A stretch of DNA of 64,000 bases, from contig NW_019028995.1 in NCBI RefSeq assembly GCF_002105155.1, positions 744,001 to 808,000 of the forward strand, written 5' to 3'. Made by a program: the position numbers and the translations under genes. Each line of letters opens with the position of its first letter. The first letter of the stretch is position 1. Shown here in pieces: positions 1-12,447 of the stretch. The notes under the pieces are model-generated. The model saw only the letters and a program-made list of their open reading frames with translations, was not told where the DNA came from and did not search any database. The DNA comes from Lobosporangium transversale. Taxonomy: Eukaryota.

Positions 1-642
1 CCTTAATTTGCTTTCCCGTAGTTTTATAAACCGGCTTGTACTTATTTTTTCCCGCCAATTCAGTTATGATAGTCCAATAGCGAGTCGAGACAGGCTTCTG
101 CAAACATTTTTTCTTGTGTATATTTAACATTACATCAATATCAATAAATGTGTATAACTGAATGCTTCAAGGATTCAGTTATTAGTCATCGTGTTAAAAA
201 AAAAAACTAAAGAGAAATAAATAAATGAGTGGATGAATGAATTGTGTGGTTTCTTGCAGGTATCTCTTTCGTTTTGGAGGATCAGTGATAGTACTTTTGC
301 TGAGATTTTCTGTGTAAGGACCATTGATTGATGAGCATGGGGTCGTAGCATTTTTTTTTTTTTTTTTTTCCTATTCATTGACGAAGTGGGCGCTTGACCA
401 ATCACGGACCTTTTCTGGGCAACGCACATTGCATTGAGACGAGTCGAGTGTTGTTTTCTACATATAATTTGAGTTCCTTTCTATCGCCTCCATCTATAGA
501 GTTATATATAATGTAGACTTTCATTTGTTTATACTTTTCTAATTGGCAGGAGCTTTGGCGCGTGTCTGGTGACCTTTCATATATTTAGACAAAACTTGTT
601 ATAATTGATGCACCAGAATGGCAGAACCGGGCACTCGGCATT

Positions 643-678
<36 letters not shown>

Positions 679-2002
679 TGTTTTGAGAACATGGCTCTAC
701 TGAGCTTTTTTTTTTTATTTTTATTTTTTACTTCATTTTATCTTTTTGGATTGAAATCATAGCCGAAAACGCACCCGATCCCTTCACGGTGCACCACCCT
801 CATTACATTTATACGTCCATCAATGTATTTTTTTTTTTTTTTTTAACTTTTATTTTTATTTTTTATTTTATTTTCAAAGTACCCACATCAAACTTTGCCA
901 TGCTGTGCTTTTACTCTTTTTGAATTCCACTGTCTTAATGGCAAACCCATGGCATTCTCTGTGCTGATCATGCATGACTTTCAAGTCAGAGTCCTGCATA
1001 TAAGAGTCCAGCAAAAAAAAAAAAAAAAAAAAAAAAAATCCTGCATGCATTAGTGAAAGATCCGCGGAGTATTTGGCATACCATAACAATTGTGCCTTCT
1101 TGTCATACAGTGTTACAAGCGCATGGTTGGTCATTGCTCTCCATTCACCTTCACTGTTGCTTTTTTCTTTTCCCGCTCTTTGGGTGCATTGGGTGCATTG
1201 AGTGCATTGGGGTACAGAAGGTAGATACAGTTAATGGGTCTTTCAGGGGTGTGTGTAATCGCCATGGACCCATGGGCCACAAGATAAGGGTAGAGCCAGG
1301 AAGAAGAAGAAGGAGAGAGAGGGAGGAGGACACCAAGTTGTAAATGGGATTGCATGGTCTCACAAACATTGCAGATGTCGAAACACATCCTTTCCTTGTG
1401 TTATTGCCACTATTTTATTTTTTATTTTTTCAACGCCTTATTCGACCATTTTGATTGTTGATTCCCATGCCATACATAAAATAAACAAACACAAAACAAA
1501 CATTCTCAATCTAGTCACAAAGCACACACCCATGCATCACAACACCATCTATTGAACAAACGGTTTCTCATTTTTGCAAGGATTGTTGTCTGAACAACAA
1601 CAACAACAACAAAAAAAAAAAAAAAAAAAGAGAGAAAGGGAGGGAGGAGAAAGGGGAACGGAGGAAGGAGAGGGAAGGCATAATGGATAAATTAATCAAA
1701 CTGGCGGGAAAAGAACGTTTCCTTTCTTGAAAATGAAATTGAAATATTTTTTTTTTTACAAATGAGACGATAAATTGGATAGTCGTATTCACGTTAATGA
1801 TTTCAAATATTTCAACATTTACATAAGCTTACTAAAACAAAGAAATCAAACTACAGCTGCATTTTATTATTATAAATATTATTATTTTACAAAGCCGAAT
1901 CCTCAAGGCTTCGTCAAGCTGCAACAACCTTTGAATGTTATATACAAAGAGCATGCAACAAATATCTTAGGTACAGTCGTGTCTTTGTGTTGGATTCACC
2001 TA

Positions 2003-2043
2003 CAAAATAAAATAAAATAAAATAAAATAAAATAAAATAAAAA
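2003..2043. repeat. (AAAAT)n microsatellite
   Basis: About 8 direct copies of AAAAT read from the sequence. Confidence 0.9.
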
Positions 2044-2305
2044 CACGCAATGGGAGGAAGGTATGAGGACAATCAATGATAACGTTAAAGGTTTTAAAAG
2101 TTGGTTAACTACGTTGTCGCCTAGTTATTCTTAATTATTATATATTATTATTATTGTTATTTTTCAATTCCGGTTTATGGGCTATTCTTTTTTTTCTTCT
2201 TTCTTTTTTACACTTGTCATGATTCAATCTAGATTCTTTTTCTCTCTCTCTCTCTTCCTCTTCTTTTTTTTCTTCCGCAAAGCAATAAACAATCTATTCA
2301 TCAGG

Positions 2306-2340
<35 letters not shown>

Positions 2341-3583
2341 CTCTAATGTATATATATATATTCACGTTATACTTGATGGGCGCGTGCACTTGATATTTTT
2401 TGCCAAAAAGGTGTGAACTGAAATCGATTTTTGCGTTTAAGAAGCCAATGTTAGGACAAAAAAAAAAACTAGTTTTTTTTTTATTTTTTTGGAGCGAAAG
2501 AGCTCTTTCAACCGATCATCTACATGCTATAAGAGCTACTACTCTTTACAAAAAAAAAAAAAAAAAAAAAATTGAGTGAAAGGAGCAATTAAAAAAAAAA
2601 AAAAGCAAATATATACACACATTTACACATTTATATGTATTCATAGTCTATACCAACTTCAAAAAAAAAAAAAAAAAAAAAAAAAAAGAAAAAAAGAAAA
2701 AAAAGGTAAAAAACCAGCAGAAGGGCGTTACGATGTCCATTGTGATTGGAGTTTGCACTATAAAAGCCCATCAAGCTTGGGCCACCATATTGAAATAAAA
2801 GTGTAAGTGAGTACAGTTGTACGAGTTTGTGAGCCGGATTGAATACTTCAACTTTTATTATTATTTTTTTTTTTTTATACTGACTTTTTACATTTTAGAC
2901 TAAGTATATAGATATTTTCTTTTCCTTATCATCAAGTACCTCGAAATGTATGCCGCTTAACTAATTTTTTATTCATCTATGGAAAAGGCGCTATTTATTT
3001 ACAATAATTTATCAAAGTCGGAGAAGAGGGAGCATTCAAGTAAATGTTTCCAACATCATAAAAAATTGGTTGTTACAAGAAGAAGAGAAGGAGGAAGTTT
3101 GAAATCTTTGAAAAAAATAAAAGGGAAATTCCAGAGTTCAATTAGTTTGAGAGAAAGAGAGAGAGGCGGTACATAATATAAATGATGCAACGCAATAGTG
3201 CATGGCAATTGACAATCAAAGTACAGTAGGAGATTTCATGGGTCATCATCGCACCAATTGAAGTGTACAAACACGCGTGCATGCATGTTTGCATCGTGTA
3301 TCACTCAGTCAATCATATTTGTACCACTCTAAAAAAATATAAACTTTGCACAACCATTCGTATACCATTCTTCTCCCCATCAAAAAAAAAAAAAAAAAAA
3401 AGTCCATCTATCATGAGCTGTTCTTTAATTATTAATTATCATATTATTATTGTTTAATACGCGTTTGCAGCCACTTGCATCTCTTTTTCCCAAGCAGTCG
3501 GAGCGACAAAAATAAAAAGAAAAAGAGGAAAGAGAAAGGGGTGAGGAATGGGAATAGGAATGGAAAAGGCAAAAGAAGACAAA

Positions 3584-3675
3584 GGAAAAGGCAAAGGAAA
3601 GGAAAGGAAAGGAAAGGAAAGGAAAGGAAAGGGAAGGAAAGGAAAGGAAAGGAAAGGAAAGGAAAGGAAAGGAAA
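3584..3675. repeat. (GGAAA)n microsatellite
   Basis: Tandem GGAAA/GGCAAA run; explains the spurious KGKER and FPFLS ORFs in several frames. Confidence 0.9.
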
Positions 3676-5751
3676 GAGAATGCGTGTGCGCGTATGCATG
3701 TCTGCGCATGCGTATATGTGTGGTCTATTGTATCCTGCCCAACTTCATTTCCAATCTGCAGTAACATGCAGGCACAAACATACTTTTGATTGCATGAGCA
3801 ACCAACATTGCATCATCCCTTCATCTCTTCTCGATGTGGCCACATAAAAAAAATATCGATGTTTTTTTTTTTTTCTGCTGCATCCAAATTAAGATCATGC
3901 GAGCAACATGTCCTCTAGTCTTCGATCGGGAGACGTCCACATTTAAGTACTTTCCACCTTTTAAAGCAATTTTCCTCAACAGACTGAGTTAATACAGGTA
4001 CGACACATCAACGTAGTATTTAAAGAGAACTACATGGTTGTCAATTCTGTGCACCGAATCAATGCAAGTTCAGTTATTGGTTTCATTCGGCGATAGACTT
4101 GATTAGATGGAGAGCAGCAATAGGACAACAGTGAGTGCGGTTGAGGTTACGTTTGATGATATCCAACAGATTCAGCATTCATCTATAACTGACAATAGGC
4201 GATCGACACAATTCCAATTGAGAAAAGCAATCTTTTTCCCACTCAGGCAAGCAAGGTAACAATATTCGCGTCTAATTCCAGGAGCACTATAATAATAAAA
4301 ATAATAACAGTAAATTGTATTTATACCGCTTCATCTGTTTTTCTATCCCTGAAAACCCCAAAGAGAGCATTTTGGCATTCCCTGCACAGACAAGTAAGGG
4401 TTTCCCCAGGAAGAGCGACACCATGCATCTGGAAATGTATTTGGATAAGTTAAAAGATTTGACTCAACATGTCCTTGAGATTCAGCTTCCGATTGAACTT
4501 GTACGATACTGCAACAAGACAAATACTGTGAATAAATACATGGGAACCACTTCACGATTAATACTATTTGCAGGGGTCAACTCAATCGTGACTTTGTTGG
4601 ATCTCGTAGCAGCAGCCAATCCGCGATGAAGAATATCCAGTTATTTGAGAAGATAGATGACAATCGAAAAGACAAGGTAAACCGGAGAGAGGAGAGAAAT
4701 GATCTGTGTGATCAGTTGCAACATTGCATTATCAAATTACAAATATTGTACGAGCCTATTTTCATAAACTAACAGCCTTTTGAAGACCTTCAACAACTTT
4801 CAACAATGCAATCTATCTCTATAAATTATTGTAGTGTATATACGATAGTTAGTTTTTTATGAGCGAACCGACCGCTAATAACTATCTCGGATATATATTA
4901 GACTACGACATAGTCGTTGCTTATGATTCTAACAAGTGGAATTATGGGAGAAAAAGCAGCAACATCGGTGCTTGTATGTCAACCGGGATGGCAGGCATAG
5001 GATGTAATATCAATGAATATCTGTGAATGGAACAGGGTACAGGAAATATTGGGCGCTGCTACTACAATCGTGATTTGGACATGCGTTAGTTCCCGCCATC
5101 ACTGGAGGCTACATAAGACGCGGAGATGGTTGATGCAAAATTCAGTACAGACGCTATGCGACACGGAGTATGGCGAACAAGAGCGTATATCACAAGCAAT
5201 GGAGTGACAATACGTTCAACGACAAGGTCGGTGACATATCTCTATCGTACGATCAATGCGCTGTCATGTTGGGTAATCCGTTCAAGAAGCTTGGCAGCAA
5301 GAGAGTTGATATTATGGTGCCAGAATGTATTTATTTTCTGCTACAAGTCGTGCGCTTTTTAAGCTTGAGCGTGCACCAGCCTTGTAGAAAGCCATAGCGA
5401 GCTTGAACGCAGACATTGTGTCAAAGAGGCGGCGGACCAGTGATCGCCAGCCACCCAAGGAACAAGCTTCGCAAGTACTGCAACAGTTAATGATGCAATT
5501 ATATACTTTTATCTAGTGACGTTGATAGACTTACAATTATTGCTTCTTAAAGTTAGTACTAGAGGCTCCGTTTATCCGAGATCGACCTCAACGGCTACAG
5601 GTAGAATATGTCTAAAGTTCTGCAATTAGCTGTTGCAGGACAAAAGCTAGCGATCGGGTTTTTATTTTGCGTCCTGTGATTAGAGAGGGCGTAAAAAATA
5701 AAAACCCGATCCTCGATTCTACAATCCTCGTACTGACATTCTGTCGTTACC

Positions 5752-5783
<32 letters not shown>

Positions 5784-6841
5784 GCCTTCTTTGTTGCAAA
5801 TACTCCTCAATGTTCCATAGTTCAGCCTCGCTAACCTCCGTCGCGTCATTTACGTTCCTATTTTAGTTTCTATCCCACGTGAACGATAGCCCCCATCTGA
5901 TCCTCATTTCGTCCGAGCAAGTAAATGTTGACTGACATTGATTTACCTAGCCCTCCCAGGCAGGCGCTTTTGTTTTATACCCTTGGGGAAGATTTGTAGG
6001 TATCCAGCGGATTTTCTGGTCAGGAGCGCCCACTAGCCATGAAGTCATGACAGCATGAAATATCTGCTCAGTTCAGGCGTGATTGAAGTTGCAATGAAGA
6101 TGCAAGAGCTTCTGCATGTAATTCTTTGTCCCTCTAGCTTGACAAATAATAGTGATTCATACCAAGGCTCCCCAATGTGCCCAAAATTCTTAGCTTGGTG
6201 GTAGGTAAAAACTCAATGTAGAGTAGCATTGCTAAAAAGGATCCCGTTAAACTGAGATCGCTTATTCACTTGCTCCTCGGATAGCCTTTCAGCTCATTTG
6301 TGGATAGGCCCTGCGCGGTTTCATTTAGATCATCACATCTTAGGCTAAGCTCCCATGCGCAGATAATCATTGCATCAAATGTTTGAAGGAGAAGCGCATT
6401 TGCTGTATGGGAAGCAGCACGATACATTTTCGTCCTTGCTTTGTTGCATTGTATGCTGGTGATGCTGTATCATTATGTCACTATTGTGGATAAGATGCCT
6501 GAAGAAAGCAGTACTTCCTAGAACAGCCATACTTCCATTACCATGCATCCATGACATGCCAGGTACAGTAAAAAATACTGGCGTTGCATGGGAAATAGCT
6601 AAGGAACGTATATAATATATCCTCTTTTGAACATGATAAGATTAACTTTCAGTGTTCCACATTTCACAGCACGCAGAGCCACGTGACAAAATACACGCCA
6701 TTACCTACAACATGGGACTACAGAATGGACCCGTATCGTTTCCAAGGTAGACAAATAGATACTTGATAGTGTATAGACCCATATCTTATTCTCACTTACT
6801 CTTCTATCTACCTATTTGTCTATCCAAAATCTTTGTACTTA

Positions 6842-8435
6842 CAGTGGTCATCAAAAGTCATTCAATGATTTTGAATTTTTAACATTCTCATTCCTTTTCT
6901 TCATTCTCATCTAGCATGTGGCTAATACATTTGGAGTAGTGCATTTGTTCCCCACACCTCATGATTACTTTCATGTCTCATTCCTAATTATGACTTCATT
7001 GTGAAATAAAACCAATTTCAATTTGACCTGTCTATTGAATGACTACTGATGATTCTGAATATTGATTGCAAAAAATGCTTTTTCACTTCTCTTTTTTCTA
7101 CCAAGGTTACCTTCAGCTATATCTTCATACACCTCTACTTACAATTAACATTCCACATCGCTTAGTATTCATTATGAGGAGGCTTTCTATGGGAAAAGTA
7201 CAACATGCTCAGGCCTTACTTCGACAAGGGAAGTCTACAAGCGAAGTGGCAAGGCAACTTGGTATCTCTATTTCATCGGCAATAAGGATCAGGAGAGACG
7301 TCAAGGACAATATTCCTAAACCCAGAATGGGCAGACCCTCATTGGTTTCCCCTGCTACCAAGAGGATAATTGCACGCGAGGTTGATACGGGGAAACTTAG
7401 ATCCATTCTAGCAGTTCAACAATACATCAGATCGAGCCATGGAGTGCATGTCAGTATAGAGACTGCCCGACGTTATGTAAAATCAGAGGGTTTGAAAAAC
7501 TATGTCCGCCCATTCAAGCCTAGGCTGACAAAAATGCAGATTGCGAAAAAGAAGAATATTGCCCTCAATCACCTTGACTGAACTGTTGATGACTGGAAGC
7601 GAGTGATGTTCTCGGACGAAAAGCTTTTTGAAAGGCTGGGGTCCTTAGGAGGAAGAACACAATATAGGCGACCCGGCCACAGGACTTTAGAAGATCGGGA
7701 TGTTAGAGAGAGATCAAGGGGAGCGCATAACAAACTTATGTGGTGGGGCTGTATCACTTATCATGGTGTTGGCGATGGTTGCAGGATCCCTGTCACGGTT
7801 GATTCCTCTTTATATGTTAATGTTCTACAAGATTATGTCCTCGGCTCGTGGAAGTGATATGGCCAGGACCCTGAAAAGTTAATTTTTCAGCAGGACAATG
7901 CAGGTGTTCATACGAGTAGGATGGTTAAAGAGTTCTTCATTAAGTCACACATTACCACTTTGGAGTGGCCTCCGAATTCTCCTGACCTCAACCCTATCGA
8001 GAATGTATGGGCCTACATGGATCATTGGCTCAAGGGATATGAGAAGGTGCCAAGGATCTAGATGAACTATGGAAAGACTACAGGATATCAGGACAACTAT
8101 TCCACCTGACTTCCTTCATGGGCTATATGAAAGTATGCCACGAAGGGTAGAGGAGCTTCATCGCAAGAAAGGAGGTCGTACATTACTGAAGAACAGAAAA
8201 AAAAAAACAATAAAGCAAAGTTCTGATTTTCTTCAAATGTCATTCAATGAGATGTCAATAATTGGCATTCATCTAAATTTTCAATTAGCGACAGGAGCTC
8301 ATTAACATTGTAGTATTAGTGACATTGTCGATGGTCGAATTCACTACGTAAGTTTCATTGTCGACAAGCAAGATCAAATTGGAGAAAGGAATGAGAATGT
8401 CGAAATTCCGAAATCATTGAATGACTTTTGATGAC
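6842..8435 (+). mobile_element. Tc1/mariner (Tc1, DD34E) DNA transposon, degenerate
   Basis: Left end TA|CAGTGGTCATCAAAAGTCATTCAATGATTTTGAATTTTTAACATTCTCATTCCTTT. Its imperfect reverse complement lies at about 8383-8435, followed by TA; the terminal CACTG is missing on the right. The element encloses a transposase pseudogene. Confidence 0.92.
7174..8190 (+). pseudogene. Tc1 transposase pseudogene
   Basis: N-terminal HTH (GKSTSEVARQLGIS), GRP linker, WKRVMFSDE, and IFQQDNAGVH...WPPNSPDLNPIENVW with 34 residues between the second D and E. In-frame TGA at 7579 and 7855, and frameshifts near 8050-8075. Confidence 0.93.
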
Positions 8436-8601
8436 TAGAATTCTGCATTTGTATGGGTGATGGGACAGACAACAAAGGATCAAAAAGCAACGTCGCTATG
8501 AACGCTAAGCTGCTATAAGCCATTTTATCCCTGCTATGATGATGTTTATTTGATAGTCTATGTGGCCTTGTGGCTGTAATGACTAAAGTGAGGAGTCCAT
8601 G

Positions 8602-8997
8602 TTAGTCACATCCAGCATGTTCTGGATTGCCGCATCGTTTAATGTTATCGTCCCAATGAAGGTGAATAGGACACTCTCTCAGGTGAGTAGTGCCCCATAT
8701 GCACTGATAATAGGTTCGACAATCTTTTGGGTTTTTGAAGAATCCATGCGGTACGGGACATTGAAAGTCGAGAGCAGATTTGCCTTTTGGTTCTAGAACA
8801 GGGTCAGCTCCTGCCGCTACAGTGACGAATGGTCGGTCCACTACAGTAACGAATGGTCGGTCCACTACAGTGACGAATGGTCGGGCTGCTCCTGCAGCCA
8901 GCACAACTGTAGCAATAGCAGCCATTGGGATGACATACTTGAGGAGGGTCCAGTTGCAAGCCTTGATGTTGGTGGAGCAGAACTTTATGACTTTCAT
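8602..8997 (-). CDS. Small secreted chitin-binding protein with a single CBM14/peritrophin-A domain
   Basis: Hydrophobic N-terminus (YVIPMAAIATVVLA), 3x RPFVTV repeat, and a six-Cys domain CPVPHGFFKNPKDCRTYYQCIWGTTHLRECPIHLHWDDNIKRCGNPEHAGC. Intronless; TATAAA on the minus strand at about 9090-9095. Confidence 0.85.
   Translation of the reverse strand: MKVIKFCSTNIKACNWTLLKYVIPMAAIATVVLAAGAARPFVTVVDRPFVTVVDRPFVTVAAGADPVLEPKGKSALDFQCPVPHGFFKNPKDCRTYYQCIWGTTHLRECPIHLHWDDNIKRCGNPEHAGCD
8816..8885. repeat. 24-bp coding tandem repeat (about 3 copies) encoding RPFVTVVD
   Basis: CTACAGT(G/A)ACGAATGGTCGG(TCCA) repeated. Confidence 0.9.
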
Positions 8998-9573
8998 TGT
9001 TTTAAAGTACTAGGGCAGTTTAGAAATCCGATGGAGGTGAGCTTGGGTGATAACAATAAAAAAAGAAAAAGAAGCTCATGGGATACATATTTATACTCGA
9101 ATAGTCGAGGATCACTCTCAATCTTTTCCTACTGGCTTTTTCTCAGCCCTTGATCCCTCGCCCTCGATCCCTCGCCCTCGATATAATTAGCCGCGTTCCT
9201 TTCTCGATTATCGTGTTCGCTTATGAATTTCTATTGGTTGGTATTCGTGGCTGTTGCCTACAAAAAGCGCGATTATACGCAAAATCACAAGCGAGAAAGG
9301 AACACGGGAACCGACTCAAACCTTTAGAGCCTTCTAACCATGAATTTAATGCATCATGATTCTGTAGCCCTTCAAAATCCCTTCAGATCTCTCCCTTAAA
9401 AACCATAAGTTTAAAAGTGCGAGCTTTCAACAATGCACTGGGATTTACTGAAAGGAGCTAAAGAGGCGACATCGATGGATCAAAAAGCAACGCCGCTTCT
9501 ACCCTTGATGATGCAAATTTTTATACGTTTAATTCTACCATCATTCTAGATCTAAAGGTTTTCAAAGGTAACG

Positions 9574-9811
9574 TAGAGTTCTCGCCAGAAAGTCATGAAC
9601 AAATATATTTTTAAAGTACTCAATTTGAATTAATATTTGCAAAAACATAATTTTACGTACGAAGCTTGAAAAGCACATATTTTTTTGAATTAGATACAAT
9701 AGAAAAAAAAAAAAAATTCTCAAAATTCTTGATGTCCAAAAATGGAAGTATTCTATTCAATATAAAAACGTGACAAATATATTTGTTCATGACTTTCTGG
9801 CGAGGACTCTA
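9574..9811. mobile_element. MITE, about 240 bp, Tc1/mariner-type (TA ends)
   Basis: 37-bp inverted repeat: TAGAGTTCTCGCCAGAAAGTCATGAACAAATATATTT (9574-9610) versus AAATATATTTGTTCATGACTTTCTGGCGAGGACTCTA (9775-9811), one mismatch. AT-rich non-coding interior. Confidence 0.9.
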
Positions 9812-10660
9812 TATAACAGTAACCTATACTGATGTACTTAACATACGTACTGAAGTTTTTTTTTTTTCATAAGTAAAATACAGTTTATTTGTTGAACAGA
9901 TTATTCCAGATTAGTTTTTAGTCGTATCATGTTGGCCTTGCTTTCTTACTATTTTTTTTTATCTTGTTCAGTATCTGCTCGTCCCATGAATTTTTTCAGT
10001 TTATTGAGGGTCTTGACATGGATGATGAGGAAAGATTTGTACAAAGCCGTTGTCGACATCGATGGCAACTCTTTGAGTCCCTTCAATCTTTAAGTCAGGA
10101 CTTGGGCACATCGCTTGGTAACTAATCACTTCTGCTGGGTAAATAATTTCACACTGATATAGGCTCCTGGAAGACAGTGATTCTAAAGCTTGGTAGCTGT
10201 ATCTTTTTTTTTTTTTTTTTTTTGATTGTTCATATTAGTGCTCCTCATCAGTTTTCCTGGACAGTATAGCCCCTAGTACAAGTGATGTCTCTCCTGCTCC
10301 CTTAATACAACAATTCTAATTGGAGTCGGACGGCGTGTAGAAAAAAAAAAAAAAAAAAAAAGCATAATGCGGATAAGATGAGAAGCTTCTTGCCTACACA
10401 AAAATGAGATAGATTTGCTCGTTAATGCGAACAGTAAAGATGATATCTAGGCCAAGGTATATGGCGATAGAAAGTAAAACGGAAGAACGCTGTTGTTTCC
10501 TTGCTTTGAATTAGCATTGAAATATACTTCCATGAATTTATGGGTTGCGATGTCCCTATATGTATTTCCAAGTTGCTCATGCTCATTGTATTCTACCGTC
10601 GTTATCTCACCCTTGAGACACCCAGGAAGGTAATTGTTTGGCAGCTTAGGCAGGAGGCGG

Positions 10661-11400
10661 TCAAGAAAAAAAGGCGACCCTTAAATGTTTCCACGAAAAT
10701 TGATGGCACCATGGCTTCCTACATGTTTCCATGTACAGATGCATCGTTTGATGATAGCATCGCTCGTTTCGCCGCTGAAACAAATAAAGGGACCGAGGAA
10801 TTGCTTCAACGTTCCCAATAGAGGAACATGATGAAAACTGTCCCGGATGTTTGACGATCTTATTCTGAATTCCAACGAGCTCTCTCATCAAATTGTTGCG
10901 ACGTGGTTGCATATGTTGTTGCAGCTGGTCATCTAGTTTTCTAAATAGTGCCAAGAATACATCTTTGACAAATCTGAAGTATGGCGCGGCCTGCGCTTGA
11001 AATCGTTTGGCGGCAGCCAGGTACCCGTAACAGTAATTGAAGATCAAGACCCGAGAGAGGAAGAGTAATGGAGCCACATCTCTTGTAGAAGCTGTGGGCA
11101 GTTTCGAACCTTTTCATCTGATACTTTTACATCAATGAGCTCGATAAGTTTGCTGAGACCGTCAGAGCAAATCCTTATTTGATGTGTTGAAATGGAAATT
11201 TCAACGAAGACAGAGTATCTCGACCATTGATTGAGTCTTGCTGCAACTCGGGACTCCAAATACAGGTACATCTTGTCAATCTGTCCTGTCCTGCCTGTTC
11301 ATTATGATGTTGGATCTATATCGTTCATGAGTCGTTGAGCCTGTTTAAGTGATTGGTAGATTCAAAAAGAGGAAGTTGGGTCAAGATTTTCCAGTGCGAA
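10661..11400 (-). pseudogene. Probable decayed coding sequence, family unknown
   Basis: Consecutive protein-like ORF fragments (11271-11044 and 11077-10661) in shifted frames with stops; no recognisable motif. Confidence 0.3.
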
Positions 11401-12447
11401 GGATTTTCCACGGCGGCAGACAAGAGGAAAGTCAGCTCTGTCTTCTGTAGCAACTGGTAATTTCCAATGGTCTTTCACATATCATCCAAATAGCCTCCGA
11501 AGGACAAGGGTATGATAATATTTTTTATCGTTGTCCCCAGGCTCTCTACCAAATAATTGCAAATATTAACATTCCGATGACGCTTACTTACGTAGATAAG
11601 ATAGCAATGAAATGAAAGGATGATGAAAGAAAGAAAGCAATGTTGGGGAAGATGTGTGAAAAAAGAAAAAGGCAGTAAAATGGCTTTTTGTTGTGCTTGC
11701 ACCTGGCTCTGGGTAACGTTGTATACATGTTCATGTTTATCTGGTCTGGAGCAGATGTGTAAGATGTGTTACGAGTCCACCTGTACAGCCGTACATAAAC
11801 TGTACATTACATGACAGGAAGAGAGGTATTTTTTGCCTTGTGCAAGGGGCAAAAAGATATAAAACTGGCGTACCATTGGCTATCCCGTTTGCCCCTTTTT
11901 CTTCTGGACACAGAAATTACATTTCATTAATTTCAAAAACTTGTAACACATTCTCCTTACTTTTTGGCTTGACTTGATTAGGCAAGATTGTCAATGATGG
12001 ATATTCACTCCGAGGAATGACAGTGACAGTCCGGTGCGTATGTATGGACGATGAACAAACGATATGGATGAAGGAAGGGAAGATAAAGGTAACATCATCG
12101 TGATCAACAATGAATTCATCGCTTAGATAGTCTTAGACTAAAAAAAAAAAAAAAGTTCGGACCCCTTTCTGCATGATTTTTCTATACCTACTCTTTTTTT
12201 ATCATTCATGTATTTGAGGAGTCTAAGTGGAATGTGAGTGGTAGGAAGAGGGTCTACAGCGTTTGTGTTCCTGAAATAGATCGCATATTTAGTCCATGAT
12301 TCAGTTTTTTTTTTTTTCCTTCTTTTCATTCATTCATTCATTCATTCATTCATAAATTTAATTCACCATTTATCCTTCCTCTCATTCTAATCTTCCACTT
12401 CTCACTTCACGCATATATACATCCATCCATCCATCGAGAGAGAAGAT

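Noticed and set aside
3425..3847. Several 80-106 aa ORFs (KGKER and FPFLS repeats)
   Set aside because: Artefacts of the stop-free (GGAAA)n microsatellite.
7579..7857. Two in-frame TGA codons at likely Trp positions in the transposase, suggesting a UGA=Trp code or endosymbiont origin
   Set aside because: Other Trp residues use TGG and the ORF also has frameshifts near 8050-8075, so simple decay explains it.
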